Part shown: positions 61,575 through 64,000 of the stretch, piece after piece | Numbering within the stretch: the first letter of the stretch is position 1 | Layout of the letters: each line of letters begins with the position of its first letter | DNA from: Bacillota bacterium | GTDB lineage: Bacteria; Bacillota; Clostridia; Oscillospirales; Oscillospiraceae | Direction: 5' to 3' | Assembly (NCBI GenBank): GCA_021770445.1 | Contig: JAETQY010000012.1 | Span: 53,018-117,017 of the forward strand | Length of the DNA: 64,000 bases | Notes under the pieces: model-generated | What the model was told of the DNA's origin: nothing | Databases searched by the model: none | The model's input: only the letters and a program-made list of their open reading frames with translations | Program-made: the position numbers and the translations under genes

Positions 61575-61594
61575 GTCCCATGAGGTAACTGAAT

Positions 61595-64000
61595 ATGCTA
61601 GATTGGATATTTGAAGGTATCGCAAACTGGGTCGCCAGCATCATGACCCAATTGATGGATGCTGTATCCGGCCTCTTTCTGGATGCTCTGGGCACCGATA
61701 TGACAGCGATGGAGGAGTATTTTCCCTTTGTTGTCAGCGCATATAACATCATCCAATATACCGCCTGGGCCATTCTGTTCCTGACAGTAGTATGGCAGCT
61801 CTTCCGAGCGTTTGGAGGTCCGCTTACTGAGGCCGAAAACCCCTGGCACTTACTGATTCGAGGCGGCATTTTTGCTGTACTCATTGCTTATTCCAAGCCT
61901 GTGTTCAGTATGGCGCTGGATATTGCGAGAGCACCCTATCTTGCGCTTATGGACTCTGCTATGGACCCTGGCGATTTTACCTTCGCAGGAATTGAGCAGG
62001 CGCTGAGCAACGGGCTGGTCACCTTTGTGTCGATGGCATCGGTCGTTGGTCTGCTGCTGCTTATCATTATGATGATAGCATTGGCATGGAACTATTTTAA
62101 GCTCCTGTTGGAGACAGTAGAACGTTATGTCCTGGTGGGGGTTCTTTGCTATACTTCACCATTGGCCTACTCAATGGGCGCCTCCAAGGCAACCTCCCGC
62201 GTATTTCAGTCGTGGTGCCGCATGGTGGGCTCTCAGCTGCTCCTGCTGGTACTCAACGTATGGTTCCTGCGCGCTTTCAGCTCCTCTGTTGGGCAATTTG
62301 TCGCAAATGGAGGAGCGCTGACTACTGGCAGAGGCAGTATTTTTCTGTGGTTGTTCTGCGCGTTGGCGTTATTGAAAATAGCCCAAAAGTGTGACAGCCA
62401 CCTGGCAGCACTGGGCCTTTCCGTTGCTCAGACCGGCAGCAGCATGGGTATGGAAATGCTGATGGCAGCCCGTATCATTACTGGATTTTCCAAAGGCGGC
62501 GGGCAAAATGCTTCTTCGGCATTCAGCGGGGCCGGACGCAGCGCTTCCGGGGCGGCTGGGACCGCTTCTGGCGCAGGCGGCATCCTTTCCGGTTTTGCAA
62601 ACCGCTATAAACCAAACAGCTTTGTTCGAGACGCAGTCGTGGATGGCGGTTCCCGTATGGGTGCAGGTGGCAGCGTTGGTTTTGTAGGCCGGGCTTTTGG
62701 CGGCATAGCTGCCCGCAATGGCGCCACACTGACTTCCGATTCCATTGCTTCTGTGGCCAACAAACCGGCCAAATTCTCAGGGACAATTGCCGGTGAGATT
62801 GCAGATCGAAGCCTGCCCACCTATATGCCGCAGCTTGCAAATGGGCCGGCCGCAGGTATGACATATTCTAATACGCAGATTACTGGAGGGCACATTAATA
62901 CTACCGCCACCGGTCCGGACGGCAAGCAAGCCAATGTGGAATTGTTCAACTCCTCGCAGTATGACAGGCCGGATACACCGCATACTGTCGTGAACGCCGC
63001 AGATGGGAGCCAGTGGTATCAGGTTGCGTCTGGTGAAGGCATGGGTGCATTCTATGCTCCTCCCACCTTTACCGGCGATCAGTCTGAAAGCGCCCAAGTC
63101 TCCGAGGCATTCCCCAATGCACCCGAGGGCACGCTGCTGCGCCAGTCTGGCGAAGGCACACTGGAGGCCAGTTATCCGGACGGCAGCAACGCCACATGGT
63201 ACAGCAGTGCTCATTATCAGGAGCCAGATGCCCCCCATGAGACGATTCAAGGTGCCAACGGTTTGGATTGGTATGCCATGACGCCTCATGCCGCTGCACC
63301 GCAATTTGACACTGGCAGTGAAACGGAATCTTCCATCAAGCCGGAGACGGGCGTCGGTTCAGGCGGGAACGCTTCGGGTACTCCTGTCAGCTCCAATGGC
63401 GCTGGGGCGCCCGTTAGTCCCCCTGCTGGCGGTATTCCAGGTGAGCCAGCCTTCAACGTTTCCGCCAATATTCCTGTTGGTGGCACAATCGATTCGATGC
63501 CTGGAGTTTCCGGCGGCATAGGTGAAATGCCGTCTGCAGCATCTCACGAAGGTGGCTTCTCAAGTGTGCCCGTCAGCGATGCAGGCACCAATATTCCATC
63601 CGGAGGTGCCTCCATACCTGATTCGTCCGCATTCAGCAAAGGGCAGGCTGATGCCCCATGCGAAACAGGAAATATCGCAGCTTACAACCAAGCACTGTTC
63701 GGGCAGTTTATGCCAGGATATGAGCGCCCAGTGGTTTCTATTGACAGCTCTAGGGCTGAAGACGGTATTCTGGAAGTGCGCCATGAGGATGGATCCGGAA
63801 CGGCCTTCTATGACCGAACTATGTATCAGCCTCCCAGAGGAGATCACCATGTCTTTGAAGACAGCCGCGGCGGCCAGTGGTATGCAATCCCCGGGACGCC
63901 TGCGGTGGAGCGGCAGCCAGTCTACCAGGATGGTAAGCCTGTTTATGAGGGGGATGAATTGAAAACTATCAATGTAGAAACTGTCCGCTATAAAACAACA
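61595..64000 (+). CDS. VirB6/TrbL-like conjugal transfer membrane protein with long C-terminal extension (runs off window)
   Basis: Not in ORF track, which fits a frame with no stop inside the window. Hand translation: MLDWIFEGIANW.., several TMs, LLETVERYVLVGVLCYTSPLAYSMGAS.ATSRVFQSWCRM, then Gly-rich and repeat regions; first ~900 nt and window end translated, middle spot-checked. Confidence 0.8.
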   Translation, partial: MLDWIFEGIANWVASIMTQLMDAVSGLFLDALGTDMTAMEEYFPFVVSAYNIIQYTAWAILFLTVVWQLFRAFGGPLTEAENPWHLLIRGGIFAVLIAYSKPVFSMALDIARAPYLALMDSAMDPGDFTFAGIEQALSNGLVTFVSMASVVGLLLLIIMMIALAWNYFKLLLETVERYVLVGVLCYTSPLAYSMGASKATSRVFQSWCRMVGSQLLLLVLNVWFLRAFSSSVGQFVANGGALTTGRGSIFLWLFCALALLKIAQKCDSHLAALGLSVAQTGSSMGMEMLMAARIITGFSKGGGQNASSAFSGAGRSASGAAGTASGAGGILSGFANRYKPNSFVRDAVVDGGSRMGAGGSVGFVGRAFGGIAARNGATLTSDSIASVANKPAKFSGTIAGEIADRSLPTYMPQLANGPAAGMTYSNTQITGGHINTTATGPDGKQANVELFNSSQYDRPDTPHTVVNAADGSQWYQVASGEGMGAFYAPPTFTGDQSESAQVSEAFPNAPEGTLLRQSGEGTLEASYPDGSNATWYSSAHYQEPDAPHETIQGANGLDWYAMTPHAAAPQFDTGSETESSIKPETGVGSGGNASGTPVSSNGAGAPVSPPAGGIPGEPAFNVSANIPVGGTIDSMPGVSGGIGEMPSAASHEGGFSSVPVSDAGTNIPSGGASIPDSSAFSKGQADAPCETGNIAAYNQALFGQFMPGYERPVVSIDSSRAEDGILEVRHEDGSGTAFYDRTMYQPPRGDHHVFEDSRGGQWYAIPGTPAVERQPVYQDGKPVYEGDELKTINVETVRYKTT

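Larger units (their letters stand above)
39268..64000. mobile_element. Integrative conjugative element (left part), continues beyond window
   Basis: GC and codon shift at the junction; att-arm-like repeats; DUF5348/SRAP/DinB end module; VirB2- and VirB6-like genes, sortase, adhesin. Integrase, relaxase, VirB4 and VirD4 not in window. Confidence 0.85.

Noticed and set aside
1-64000. tRNA, rRNA, IS transposase, integrase or relaxase genes
   Set aside because: None recognised; the ICE recombination and mobilisation genes presumably lie beyond base 64000

Overview
High-GC clostridial chromosome (gene content and codon style suggest an Oscillospiraceae-like gut Firmicute; this is inference). Bases 1-39.2 kb are mostly housekeeping: thrH, ispE, ECF sigma/anti-sigma, spoIIR, greA, lysS, rsmI, murC, a GGDEF protein, Clp ATPase, truA, ECF transporter, comF, mreB, mscS, CdaR-like regulator, uridine kinase, hybrid kinase plus solute-binding protein, and a MacAB-like ABC operon. 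One compact accessory element at 22.2-22.5 kb has all the hallmarks of an unannotated type I toxin-antitoxin locus. At about 39,267 the start of ychF (MKLGIV) is cut off and a conjugative element begins that runs past the window end. Its cargo is a 194-bp direct-repeat-flanked AraC/GyrI regulator, a SRAP + DinB pair, and an apparent five-gene operon (Zn-ribbon, DUF434/PIN-like, AmrB-AmrA fusion, AmrS radical SAM, ApeA-like HEPN) with a second, divergent HEPN-like gene. The backbone follows: a phage-initiator-like wHTH protein, a RinA/ArpU-like activator with TGGCAG tandem repeats, VirB2-like pilin, sortase, SLH-transglutaminase, a giant thioester-domain adhesin broken by an internal deletion, and VirB6. 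All family assignments are by motif recognition, with no database searches. No CRISPR array, tRNA, rRNA, IS transposase or integrase was seen in the window.
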